Source: an uncultured virus (IMG/VR IMGVR_UViG_3300042863_002514)
Taxonomy: Duplodnaviria; Heunggongvirae; Uroviricota; Caudoviricetes
Virus record (IMG/VR): IMGVR_UViG_3300042863_002514
Coordinates: 62,001 to 119,063 of that record
Reading direction: 5' to 3' (one strand)
DNA: 57,063 nt
The notes beneath the pieces are model-generated. The model worked only from the letters and a program-made list of their open reading frames with translations. It was not told the origin of the DNA and made no database searches. The position numbers and the translations under genes are program-made. This document shows positions 29,573 to 42,056 of this stretch, piece by piece; positions within the stretch are counted from its first letter, which is position 1, and each line of letters starts with the position of its first letter.

Positions 29573-29649
29573 TGGCTCCCGGAGAAAGAATCGAACTTTC
29601 CTGATGAACAGATTAACAATCTGCTGGCACACCTTGCGCCCGTCCGGGA
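29573..29649 (-). tRNA. tRNA-Asn (GUU)
   Basis: GCAGA TT GTT AA TCTGT; GCCA. Confidence 0.85.
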
Positions 29650-29736
29650 TAATCTCTATTTTTGTCTCTACCTCACCGCTCTCTATCAATACACAGATTA
29701 TAAGTGCGTTGAGGGGTCAGTCAACTTATATTTTTA

Positions 29737-29808
29737 GTCCCAGGCAAAGGAGTTGCACCTTTTCACTCAGCCGTATGAAGGCCGGTGGAACGCTGGTTCA
29801 ACCTGGGA
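29737..29808 (-). tRNA. atypical tRNA with CAU anticodon (Met-like)
   Basis: TCCCAGG/CCTGGGA; CGGCC TT CAT AC GGCTG; 4-nt D-loop; T-loop TGCAACT. Confidence 0.6.
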
Positions 29809-29831
29809 TATTATCTCTTGGCGTCTGCTTT

Positions 29832-30317
29832 TTATTCTTTGCCCCAAACTGGGTCAATAAACACAAGGGTATTTCCTCTCTGCATAATATTATCATTCTT
29901 GATATCGAGATTGTATTTTCCCAGCAAAGTCGTGATCAAATCGCATGCTTCTGCTAATTCTGGCCGATGCATGATTTCTTCTGTCTCGTCTTCTCCAAAC
30001 AAGATGTAATCTCGGATATACCTGGAGTTTCCTTTATATGGTGAGAGTTTTTCCATTCTTATACCATAAAAATCAGGAAAGCGAATCAATTTACCAAAAA
30101 ACTTTGGAAAATGTTTGTTTGGATGTTTTCTTGCTAGATCAATAAATGCACGATATGCACTGTCTTCACTACCGAACAACTTTATAACATATGGGCGGCC
30201 AGGTTTTTCATAAACAGAAGCAAATGCTCCGCTGCCCAATCTCTTATATCCAGCTTTTACAAGAATACCATGTGCATCCCATCGCGTTTTTGGTAAGGTG
30301 ATTTCACTTATTTTCAT
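29832..30317 (-). CDS. minimal protein-kinase-like enzyme, paralog of 9542..10120
   Basis: LGSGAFASVY, VIKLF, HFPKF, MEKL, DIKNDNIM, FIDP; TAAATA upstream. Confidence 0.8.
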   Translation of the reverse strand: MKISEITLPKTRWDAHGILVKAGYKRLGSGAFASVYEKPGRPYVIKLFGSEDSAYRAFIDLARKHPNKHFPKFFGKLIRFPDFYGIRMEKLSPYKGNSRYIRDYILFGEDETEEIMHRPELAEACDLITTLLGKYNLDIKNDNIMQRGNTLVFIDPVWGKE

Positions 30318-30331
30318 AGTAATATTTAATG

Positions 30332-30404
30332 GGTGTCTATCGGGTACTGCCCCCGACTGGCGGGTTCCACAGACCCGCGTCCACACTTGCTGACTCTAGA
30401 CACC
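30332..30404 (-). tRNA. tRNA-His (GUG)
   Basis: G-1:C73; CGGGT CT GTG GA ACCCG; T-loop GGCAGTA. Confidence 0.85.
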
Positions 30405-30489
30405 ATAAACTTGGTACACGTCGCAGGCGTTACTTGTCTTGCCAAGACAGTTGAAAAGCTGCTATACGATTTACCCAAAATGATTTATA

Positions 30490-30858
30490 TTAGGTAGTTG
30501 GAATATCTTCCACTGAATGGTGGCCATCGCCTTTCAACATGTTGATTTCTTGGATGAATCCTTTGGCATTCCTTATAAATTCATCATAGTCATCTACTGA
30601 ACTAGAGTCCATAGTCTTAGTATATCTTCTACCGTTAAGATCATACTCTACAGTTGTTTCGTTGCCTCCTGGAAACACACGTACTATACCTGCATATTTT
30701 ACGCCTCGGAGGACAAAACGAAATTTAGCTTCCATATATTCTTCTTCGCCATCTCCGTCGCCATCATCTCTGTCATCTTCAAATTCTAACAGAGCGTTAG
30801 GCTTTTGGCTATTTTCTTGCAAGATATTGATGTATTTTCTAAGGTCATGCGTTCCCAT
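30490..30858 (-). CDS. hypothetical acidic protein, putative virion internal protein
   Basis: GGAG SD; MGTHDLRKYINILQE N-terminus; TAAATA upstream. Confidence 0.65.
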   Translation of the reverse strand: MGTHDLRKYINILQENSQKPNALLEFEDDRDDGDGDGEEEYMEAKFRFVLRGVKYAGIVRVFPGGNETTVEYDLNGRRYTKTMDSSSVDDYDEFIRNAKGFIQEINMLKGDGHHSVEDIPTT

Positions 30859-30982
30859 ATAACCCTGCTCCTGTCTTATTGTCTGCATTTATTTACATGG
30901 CTTTAAGAGGGTGTGGAGTCAACCTGACATTGATCCGTAGGATCTGCGTACAATTTCCCCAGGTATGACAGGAGTAAACCAT

Positions 30983-31034
30983 CTCAACCTTGAGATCCAA
31001 AGTCTCACGCTCTATTCAGTTGAGCTACAGGCCC
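30983..31034 (-). pseudogene. tRNA 5' fragment (Arg-like D-arm, UUG loop), no T-arm or 3' acceptor strand
   Basis: GGGCCTG TA GCTC AACTGAATA GAGC G TGAGA CTTTGGA TCTCA, then unrelated sequence. Confidence 0.6.
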
Positions 31035-31055
31035 TTATTGTCTTGACGTTAAATC

Positions 31056-31160
31056 GCCATCGCCGGATGCCACTTCCGGATTTCTTCACCAGCTAGGTGA
31101 TTGCTGCCGGCTAGTTACCATTCTCATGGTGTGTTGGGAGGCTGTTCCAACCTCGATGGC
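31056..31160 (-). ncRNA. multibranch structured RNA inside the tRNA cluster
   Basis: GCCATCG/CGATGGC closing stem enclosing four hairpins. Confidence 0.5.
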
Positions 31161-31182
31161 AATTGTTGGTTGAGAGAATAGT

Positions 31183-31256
31183 TGGCAGGCCACCCAGGTA
31201 CCGCCCCCGGCACTTTGAGGTTGGAGCTCAACGTGATACTAATTCACCAGCGACCT
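31183..31256 (-). tRNA. tRNA-Trp (CCA)
   Basis: TTGAG CT CCA AC CTCAA; GCCA; T-loop GGCGGTA. Confidence 0.85.
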
Positions 31257-31261
31257 ACAAT

Positions 31262-31336
31262 TGGTGGAGCATATCGGTATCGCGCCGATCAGGCTAGGAT
31301 CTTGCAAAGATCCTCCGGGTACCTTGCCCATGCCCC
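31262..31336 (-). tRNA. tRNA-Ala (UGC), atypical D and T arms
   Basis: G3:U70; GGATC TT TGC AA GATCC. Confidence 0.8.
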
Positions 31337-31351
31337 ATTATATTCTTAACT

Positions 31352-31426
31352 TGGTGCGCACCGCAGGTACTGCCCCTGCCTCTCCACCCTTATCAAGGGT
31401 GTGCTTCCCTTCTCAGCCAGATGCGC
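31352..31426 (-). tRNA. tRNA-Ile (GAU)
   Basis: CACCC TT GAT AA GGGTG; T-loop GGCAGTA. Confidence 0.85.
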
Positions 31427-31432
31427 AAAATT

Positions 31433-31508
31433 TGGAGGACCGTCTGGGATTTGAACCCAGGACTTCCAACTTAAGAGGATGGCACTCTTACCACTGAGTT
31501 AACGGTCC
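31433..31508 (-). tRNA. tRNA-Lys (CUU)
   Basis: CCATC CT CTT AA GTTGG; CCA. Confidence 0.88.
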
Positions 31509-31516
31509 AAAAGTAT

Positions 31517-31595
31517 TGGAGGATCACCGGGGAATCGAACCCCGCAGAGGACGGTTTAAAAGACCGTTGTACACACCAGTGAGTACATGTGATCC
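31517..31595 (-). tRNA. tRNA-Lys (UUU)
   Basis: ACGGT CT TTT AA ACCGT; CCA. Confidence 0.88.
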
Positions 31596-31680
31596 ATAGT
31601 TTTTGTTGAGGACCAATTACTACCGGTCCTCAACATCGTAAATTTACAGTGCAAACTTACACTGTCAACTCCAAAAAGCG

Positions 31681-32142
31681 TTATTTCCGTTTCCGCTTTT
31701 TGCTATAGTAACTGCTCGCCTTTTTGAAATAACCTTCAGGGTCTTCAATCCGGTCCGCCACAGCACGATCTATTTCTCCACTTTTGGTGGTAGCACTCAC
31801 AATAGTTGGCGCATTTTCCTTGAAGTTACTTTTCTTACCGCCTGTGAAAAAAGCCAAATGCCCATAATGAGTATCTAAAACCAGTCTCATGTTTTGTGCC
31901 AATTGAGGTTTGGCTTCAACTTTGGCACACACATTTTTGATTTTGTCAACAGTGATTTTTTCAAGCTCATCCAAGCCGTCAGTGTTTAAGTGCAGCACAA
32001 ATTCTGTTAACTCTTTCCACGAATCTAAGTCAGGTTGCTTCATGACTCTCTCAACCTTTTCTCGAAGAGTCAACAGTCTAGTATCATACCCACTGTTCTC
32101 TATCAAAAGAGAAAGCTTTCTCAAAAATTCAGATGAGCTCAT
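31681..32142 (-). CDS. hypothetical, putative virion internal protein
   Basis: GAGG SD, TAAATA upstream, MSSSEFLRKLSLLIE N-terminus. Confidence 0.7.
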   Translation of the reverse strand: MSSSEFLRKLSLLIENSGYDTRLLTLREKVERVMKQPDLDSWKELTEFVLHLNTDGLDELEKITVDKIKNVCAKVEAKPQLAQNMRLVLDTHYGHLAFFTGGKKSNFKENAPTIVSATTKSGEIDRAVADRIEDPEGYFKKASSYYSKKRKRK

Positions 32143-32304
32143 TCTAGTCCTCTGTATTAGACTTTTGACTTATTTATTCCCATGGTTGGGGGAGGAGGAT
32201 TTACCCCAACACGTTGCGTGGCGAGATGCAATTGTGTTGCCAACATGTCCCTACGACTAAGCATATGATGAAATTAGGGTTTTAGGCATGGTATATCTTT
32301 GAAA

Positions 32305-32380
32305 TGGTGCCAACCCCTGGGATTGAACCAGGCTCTTACCGTCTTCAGCGGTTTGTGTCGACCACGATCACTAGGTTGGC
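32305..32380 (-). tRNA. tRNA-Phe (GAA)
   Basis: ACCG CT GAA GA CGGT; ACCA. Confidence 0.85.
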
Positions 32381-32384
32381 ATAA

Positions 32385-32460
32385 TGGTACCAGCAGAGAG
32401 ATTTGAACTCCCGACATCCTGCGTGTAAAGCAGATGCAACTACCGCTGTGCTATGCTGGC
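32385..32460 (-). tRNA. tRNA-Val (UAC)
   Basis: TCTGC TT TAC AC GCAGG; ACCA. Confidence 0.9.
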
Positions 32461-32474
32461 ACATTTATTTAAAT

Positions 32475-32550
32475 TGGTGGACCTACCTGGGTTCGAACCA
32501 GGCGCCTCTTGAATGCAAATCAAGCGCTCTCCCAAATGAGCTATAGGCCC
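32475..32550 (-). tRNA. tRNA-Ala (UGC)
   Basis: canonical cloverleaf, G3:U70, CTTGA TT TGC AT TCAAG. Confidence 0.93.
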
Positions 32551-32561
32551 ATAGTGTAGTG

Positions 32562-33368
32562 TTAAGGCTCTAAAAAGTATTTTTGATACTTATCTGGATT
32601 TTGCCTCACGTAAGCGGGTAAATCCACAGAGTCAAAAGGCAAAAGCTGCCATCGACAATGTTCTCTACCCAAAATATCTTCCCCAGCCCTAGCTCGTTTG
32701 ATGGGATCAATCTTGCTCAAAACGCCAGGAGTGTTGAACTCTTGATGAGCAAAGTTCTGGACTTTTTCAATTATTTGTTCCTTTGTCATCATATAGCTGA
32801 GATGCCATCCAGCATCGTGCCACCACCACATGTGAGAGAAATGTCCATCTCTAATGCCCATTCGATATTCTGTAGGAGTGGCATTTTTGAGTTCTTCAAA
32901 ATATACCCCCACACTCCAAACTTGAGGACCACTGCCTGCTTCATTTTTGTTATTTAAAAACGTGAAATAACTCAACTGTTGAAATCCAAAAAGCTTGTAT
33001 TCTTGGTTTTCAAGACAGGCTTGTATACAGTCAGGTCTAATGATTTCATCACAATCTGATATCAAGATCAAGCTGTTGGGCTCTGCATCCCACAATCCTC
33101 GGGTAATGGCATCTCTTTGAAAGACTTCGTTACCCCAAACGCTTTCATTGGGAAAATCCGTTACTAAAATATATCGTATTTTGTGGGCAAAATCTGCAAC
33201 TCTTGGGTCAGAGATATCAAATTTCAATTCCTTGGGGCGACCCACATGTGTGAAAATGCTTTCAACAATCACAAAATAGTCCACAACAGGGGTGTGTGTG
33301 TTCAAACGTAGCTCGAGTATGCTCCATTCACCATTGAAACAAAAACAGTCATAAACTTTCTTTTTCAT
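32562..33368 (-). CDS. GT17-like glycosyltransferase
   Basis: YDCF.FN.E...LELRL, VD.FVI.E, E..QR, ISDCDEI, GWHLSY, F.HQE. Confidence 0.88.
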   Translation of the reverse strand: MKKKVYDCFCFNGEWSILELRLNTHTPVVDYFVIVESIFTHVGRPKELKFDISDPRVADFAHKIRYILVTDFPNESVWGNEVFQRDAITRGLWDAEPNSLILISDCDEIIRPDCIQACLENQEYKLFGFQQLSYFTFLNNKNEAGSGPQVWSVGVYFEELKNATPTEYRMGIRDGHFSHMWWWHDAGWHLSYMMTKEQIIEKVQNFAHQEFNTPGVLSKIDPIKRARAGEDILGREHCRWQLLPFDSVDLPAYVRQNPDKYQKYFLEP

Positions 33369-34174
33369 TCTAATCCTGGTGACAAAAAGTGTTTTTCAAA
33401 TTTGGTCCAATTTTTCCAAATATATGCTGGTAGGTCCAATTGATTTTTTTCCATCAATTTCCAACTCATCCAGTCTCTGCCCAAAAGGTCGCGTCCTGCC
33501 AATGCAGCTTCAACTGGATCAATTGTGCTCAAAACTTTTGGGTTGTTGAACTCTTGATGAGTAAAATTCTGCACTTTCTCAATTATTTTTTCTTTGTCCA
33601 TAAGATAACTGAAATGCCAACCACTGTTGGTGAAAATCCAAATGCCCTGATACTTGGCTCCGCGGATACCCCATCGGTAATCATCTGGCGTATGGTTTTT
33701 GAGTTCTTGGAAACGAACCCCAACCGATGCTATTTCTGGAGGATGCCCGTGAACATTCACATTGTTAATGTAACAGTAATACCAAGCTAGTTCAAAACCA
33801 AACAAGTTATAGCTGTGATCTCTAGCAACCCCTACTGCCTCTCGCCTTGGTAGTTCGTCACAGTCGCTTATAATGACCAAATCTTGTGGCTGTGCGTCCC
33901 ACAAGCCTCTCATAGCGGCATTCCGCTGAAATCTATCATTGCCCCACGCATCTTGATTGGGCATATCTGAAACCAGGATATAACGTATCTTGCGTGTGAA
34001 TTTACTTAATCTGCTGTCACGAATATTGAACTGTAATTTTTTGGGTATGCCCATATGTGTGTGATTGCTTTCAGCAATTACGAAATAATCAACCACAGGA
34101 TCAAGAGTATTGAGCCTTAACTCCAGTAAATCCCATTCTCCGTTGAAACTGAAACAATCATATACTTTGTTCAT
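33365..34174 (-). CDS. GT17-like glycosyltransferase (tandem paralog)
   Basis: same motifs; clearly paralogous to its neighbour. Confidence 0.88.
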   Translation of the reverse strand: MNKVYDCFSFNGEWDLLELRLNTLDPVVDYFVIAESNHTHMGIPKKLQFNIRDSRLSKFTRKIRYILVSDMPNQDAWGNDRFQRNAAMRGLWDAQPQDLVIISDCDELPRREAVGVARDHSYNLFGFELAWYYCYINNVNVHGHPPEIASVGVRFQELKNHTPDDYRWGIRGAKYQGIWIFTNSGWHFSYLMDKEKIIEKVQNFTHQEFNNPKVLSTIDPVEAALAGRDLLGRDWMSWKLMEKNQLDLPAYIWKNWTKFEKHFLSPGLE

Positions 34175-34192
34175 TTGATTCTCAAAAATTTC

Positions 34193-34282
34193 CGGAGCCG
34201 GAGGGATTCGAACCCTCGGTACACCTTTACAATGTACAACGGTTTAGCAAACCGTCGCCTTAAGCCTCTCGGCCACAGCTCC
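34193..34282 (-). tRNA. tRNA-Ser (GCU)
   Basis: ACGGT TT GCT AA ACCGT; long variable arm. Confidence 0.92.
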
Positions 34283-34329
34283 ATCAGTTGTATCTACAGG
34301 ATATGTATCTTGGTGTCAATATAGGTGAA

Positions 34330-34402
34330 TAGCGCCAGGGATAATTGAAATCCCGTCTCTCCGGTGAAAACGGAGTGTTCTCGACCACTAAACTATGGCG
34401 CC
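34330..34402 (-). tRNA. tRNA-Glu (UUC)
   Basis: CTCCG TT TTC AC CGGAG. Confidence 0.8.
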
Positions 34403-34411
34403 ACAAATATT

Positions 34412-34486
34412 TGGAGGTCAGTGAGGGATTTAAACCCCCGTGTAACGGATTTGCAGTCCGTTGCATAATCGCTCTGCCAACTGACC
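34412..34486 (-). tRNA. tRNA-Cys (GCA)
   Basis: ACGGA CT GCA AA TCCGT; U73, CCA. Confidence 0.88.
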
Positions 34487-34511
34487 AAATTCTATCCTTT
34501 TGTCTTAAAAC

Positions 34512-34631
34512 AATCGTAGATGAATAATATTACTGGCTGCATGGATTTGTCTACCATTATCAGCTCTAGACCGGGGACTTTCACCCAGTTGACCTTTGGG
34601 AGCGTTTAGCTCAATTGTTTCATCTACGATT
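34512..34631 (-). ncRNA. structured RNA closed by a long stem, first element after the attenuator
   Basis: AATCGTAGATGAA...TTCATCTACGATT 13-bp inverted repeat enclosing smaller hairpins. Confidence 0.5.
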
Positions 34632-34695
34632 ATCTGTTTGTGCTTTCATATTTGTTTCTCGTTTTCCTCTCTCCTTGCATAAATGTCCAACCAAC

Positions 34696-34730
34696 AAAAA
34701 ACCCTCCGAGACTTGTGATCTCTGGAGGGT
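34696..34730 (-). terminator. intrinsic terminator (attenuator) upstream of the tRNA array
   Basis: ACCCTCC A GAGAT CACAA GTCTC GGAGGG TTTTTT. Confidence 0.85.
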
Positions 34731-34776
34731 CCTGAAAAGTCTATATCAAAGTTGATCTAGATCTTTTCACCTCCAG
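34722..34776 (-). promoter_or_regulatory. antiterminator hairpin mutually exclusive with the terminator
   Basis: CTGGAGG-TGAAAAG-A-TCTA pairs with TAGA-CTTTTCA-GGAC-CCTCCAG, sequestering the terminator 5' strand. Confidence 0.75.
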
Positions 34777-34873
34777 GTGCTGGGACTGGCTTGCGCACAA
34801 TACCGGCGGGCTGATACTCATTGCTAAATGAGCAATCCCTTTCCCAAATATTATGCATCAGTTTTGAAAACAT
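34757..34873 (-). CDS. putative attenuator leader peptide (38 aa)
   Basis: MFSKLMHNIWERDCSFSNEYQPAGIVRKPVPAPGGEKI*; AAGGA/GGA upstream; its TAG lies inside the antiterminator 5' strand. Confidence 0.7.
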   Translation of the reverse strand: MFSKLMHNIWERDCSFSNEYQPAGIVRKPVPAPGGEKI

Positions 34874-34931
34874 TTTTATAGTTCCAGTCCTTTTGTGTTT
34901 GGGCAACATACTGTTGTTTGCTACCTTAAGT

Positions 34932-34962
34932 TATTTATAGGAGAAGGTTCAAAAAATGTCAA
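34932..34962 (-). promoter_or_regulatory. sigma70-type promoter overlapping a T4-like late promoter
   Basis: TTGACA-17 nt-TATAAA, extended to TATAAATA. Confidence 0.8.
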
Positions 34963-34978
34963 CGGAAAAAAATTATTT

Positions 34979-35707
34979 TTAGATTTCAACCCCATAAAAT
35001 TCATGTACCCCATGTTTGCCATGAAACCCCAAGCTTTTGCCCAGCCAAGGGCTTTCAAAGTTTCTTTCGATACTGAATTGATCAGCCAGCGCAAGGGGTG
35101 CAAATTTTATACCAAACTCTTTTTCCAATTTTTGTCGATACCATCTACAGATGATGTTGTCTTCTGGAATATAACGAAGTTGTTTGGCATAGCCTTGTGA
35201 GGCCAGCCAGTCTTTTTCCAATACTGTGCCAGGATAATCATCAACATCTGTAGGTAAATTCAAAGCGTCTAGAGCGGATAACAATTTTTTACTGCGAAGG
35301 CAAAAACCGCCATTGCCTACTAAATTTTCACACCACCAGGTCCATTTTTTCCAAACCGCGCCAGTGTAATCATAGTTCCAGAACTCATCTGTCCAGGCAT
35401 CTTTGTTCACCGCATAGCCATCAGCGTGAATTATGAGGTTGAAATCTTCTTCCACCAGTTTTGGACACTGGCGCAACATTACTTCAGAGTAGACTTTCTG
35501 AAAACAAACCTCTTCAAGAGTGTTATCAATCTGAGGAATTTGTATATGTTGTATTGTTACACTAGTGTCTATCTGCAATGGCTGATCACTGAACCAATAG
35601 ATTTTTTTGATATCAAGATGATTTAAGGTTTCCAAGGTTCGCTCTAGTGCAACCTTTGTTTTTGAATAAAATTTAGTGTCAACACATGTGATGCCTAGTG
35701 TGGGCAT
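34979..35707 (-). CDS. DUF5672-like putative glycosyltransferase
   Basis: LII..DG, W.DEF..YDY.GA.W, VGNGGF.LRS.KL, ED, A.QFS.E, GFHG. Confidence 0.8.
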   Translation of the reverse strand: MPTLGITCVDTKFYSKTKVALERTLETLNHLDIKKIYWFSDQPLQIDTSVTIQHIQIPQIDNTLEEVCFQKVYSEVMLRQCPKLVEEDFNLIIHADGYAVNKDAWTDEFWNYDYTGAVWKKWTWWCENLVGNGGFCLRSKKLLSALDALNLPTDVDDYPGTVLEKDWLASQGYAKQLRYIPEDNIICRWYRQKLEKEFGIKFAPLALADQFSIERNFESPWLGKSLGFHGKHGVHEFYGVEI

Positions 35708-35796
35708 GGAGATTTTTCCTTGTTCAACAAAACATTATAGCATCATTGCCCAGATATATAAATAATGCACAATTTGCACCCCTTTTGGAGACACCA

Positions 35797-36342
35797 ATGA
35801 ACGACGAGTTCGCTACACCAACCCCAGCTATGCACATGCCAGATATGGGCTCCATGTCTTCCCCAACTTCCTCTATGCCAGAACCAGAGCATGTGGATGA
35901 TGAAGTGCGTATGAGCCAATCTCAGCTCTACCGCGCAGCTAAGAACAGCATCGAACTGCACAAGATGTTGAAGTTTGTTAGCGAACTTGAAGGATGGGTG
36001 CAAGCTAAGATTACAATTGCTGCTGAAAATCTTGAGGCTGTGAAAAACTACATCGAGTATGAGATGGTCAGCCAAACACTTGCTGAGAGCAATGCTACTA
36101 ACGAGGGAATAGGCGATGTATTACAGGGTTTGAAAAAAGGCGCTAAGGAATTTTGGCGTGGCAGTCCTGAAGAACATGCAGCTGAGCATAAGGAACTTAT
36201 GACCCGTTGGCTAACGGCATTATCAAAAGCAGGGGTAACTGGCAGGCAAGCCCGTGATATGGCTGAGAAGATGATAGCTCAAGGATTTGAGCCCAACCAA
36301 CGCCATTTGAAAGAAGGTCGCAAGCTCAAGAAGAGAGCCTAA
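35797..36342 (+). CDS. hypothetical phage protein
   Basis: GGAG SD and TATAAATA upstream; LE.WVQ.KIT.A motif. Confidence 0.7.
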   Translation: MNDEFATPTPAMHMPDMGSMSSPTSSMPEPEHVDDEVRMSQSQLYRAAKNSIELHKMLKFVSELEGWVQAKITIAAENLEAVKNYIEYEMVSQTLAESNATNEGIGDVLQGLKKGAKEFWRGSPEEHAAEHKELMTRWLTALSKAGVTGRQARDMAEKMIAQGFEPNQRHLKEGRKLKKRA

Positions 36343-37138
36343 CCTCCAAAATCTTTCTTACACTTTCTGCCAAATCAAAGTCATAACCAGGGTCATTCTC
36401 GCGCAGAATACCCTGGTTTTCCATGCTCCATAGATAATATTCTGTTGGAATACTCTCAAGAACTTGGCCTTTGTGCTTGCCTGTAGGCCAGGTTTTCACT
36501 GGAACAGCTTTTTGTGTCAACTCCACAAGTTGAGGTCCAATTTCTCTATTGGGATCCAACACTCCTTGCTTGATTCCATCTTCAATCAATCGCTCAATCA
36601 AAGCCCCACACACTTCTACATCAGCGCCAGCTCGGTGCACACCAATGGTATCAGGCACTGGTAGATCCAAGCGATATCTGAGATAGTTTTGAGCATAACT
36701 TTTGTCTTGAAAGGTGGGGGAATAAATGTGCCTAGCCACACGCCAGGTGCAGATCCACAAATCCTGATTGGCAAACATGGCTGCCACATCACCTTGGTTC
36801 ATTCTTTCAAAACTGCTGACCAAAACTGATCTATCATATTCTGCATAATGAGCTACAAAATATTTTGGTGCACCCAGCATGTCTAAAACATCAAACAAGA
36901 CACTTTGGTCAAAATAGGGAGACCCTTGCACCATCCTATTGCTGATTTGATTTTTGGCGCTGCTTTCAGGAGGAATGCCATTGGGTGTATTGAACAATTT
37001 TGTTGAGATCTTCCACTGACTGTCTTGGTATAAGGCAGTGGCAAATTCAATAATTTCTGCTGTCGTGGGATCAAGTCCTGTTGTCTCGGTGTCAAGAACA
37101 AGGGCTTGCTCTAGGAATCTTGTCTTCAAATTGCTCAT
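36326..37138 (-). CDS. DEDDh 3'-5' exonuclease (ExoX/DnaQ-like)
   Basis: LDTETTG, VAH.A.YD, WICT, HRA..D, GKHKG...IP..Y..W. Confidence 0.9.
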   Translation of the reverse strand: MSNLKTRFLEQALVLDTETTGLDPTTAEIIEFATALYQDSQWKISTKLFNTPNGIPPESSAKNQISNRMVQGSPYFDQSVLFDVLDMLGAPKYFVAHYAEYDRSVLVSSFERMNQGDVAAMFANQDLWICTWRVARHIYSPTFQDKSYAQNYLRYRLDLPVPDTIGVHRAGADVEVCGALIERLIEDGIKQGVLDPNREIGPQLVELTQKAVPVKTWPTGKHKGQVLESIPTEYYLWSMENQGILRENDPGYDFDLAESVRKILEVRLSS

Positions 37139-37152
37139 GCGCAACTGTAACT

Positions 37153-37563
37153 TTAAAATTCGCCAAAGTCTATCTTGAGATAAAAGCCGTTTTTCCTGTT
37201 TTCAACGTTGTCAATGTTGATGTAATAGGTGGTATCAGGTGCTAATCCATAGGCAAACAACAGGGTGTTGTCTTTGAAAATTCCGTTGGTTACATCATAA
37301 AATCCAAATTTTTGGGGCAGTTTCAACGGACTGACAAATCTTTGAGTTGACAGCGGGCTTCCTGTGAGACTGATACCAGATGGCTTTTCACTTGCCCACA
37401 ATCTAATAGTCCAATTTTGGTTATTGTAAAATTTTGTGTGAGCAGATGTGAACGTCACAAAGCCTTTGGGGCTGATTTGAAATGGATGCCAAAGTGTTTC
37501 GCTGGCTTCAATTTCATAGTAGTCTGTTGGAGATAGTGTGAGTTGTCTTCTTTTGTCAAACAT
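37153..37563 (-). CDS. hypothetical protein
   Basis: ORF with TAAATA and AGGA upstream. Confidence 0.65.
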   Translation of the reverse strand: MFDKRRQLTLSPTDYYEIEASETLWHPFQISPKGFVTFTSAHTKFYNNQNWTIRLWASEKPSGISLTGSPLSTQRFVSPLKLPQKFGFYDVTNGIFKDNTLLFAYGLAPDTTYYINIDNVENRKNGFYLKIDFGEF

Positions 37564-37622
37564 TATAAATCCTATTTAACAATAGTCGTAGCTTGCATAA
37601 ATATCCAAAACGTTGGTTATAA

Positions 37623-41714
<4,092 letters not shown>

Positions 41715-41729
41715 TGATTGGAAATATAA

Positions 41730-42056
41730 ATGGTAACATACAATTGGACGTCTTTAAATTTACAAGTGAAACGACAGGACAGTAGCCTACACAATGTGAT
41801 TGTGGCAGTGTTATGGGGATACAGTTGTTCAGATGCTGGTTACACTGTGTCAGAAACAGGACGGTGCATTTTACCTTTACCTGATCCTCTCAACTACATA
41901 CCTTTTGATGAAATAACAGAAAGCGTATTGATTGGTTGGCTGGAAGCCAATTTGGACGTTGAATTACTTAACGCATCTATGCAATCACGACTTTTGGCCA
42001 AAATACAACAAGACACCTATATGGTAACTTTCCCCGTTACATCAAATGTGCAGTGA
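41730..42056 (+). CDS. hypothetical, tail-fibre-associated
   Basis: immediately downstream of the fibre gene; YIPF..IT....IGW motif. Confidence 0.65.
   Translation: MVTYNWTSLNLQVKRQDSSLHNVIVAVLWGYSCSDAGYTVSETGRCILPLPDPLNYIPFDEITESVLIGWLEANLDVELLNASMQSRLLAKIQQDTYMVTFPVTSNVQ

Noticed and set aside
29249..30009. ORFs 29249..29737, 29371..29619, 29538..29957
   Set aside because: They overlap ncRNA and tRNA genes and have no protein-like motifs
34512..34631. Hammerhead ribozyme
   Set aside because: CTGATAA rather than CUGANGA, and the stems do not fit hammerhead topology
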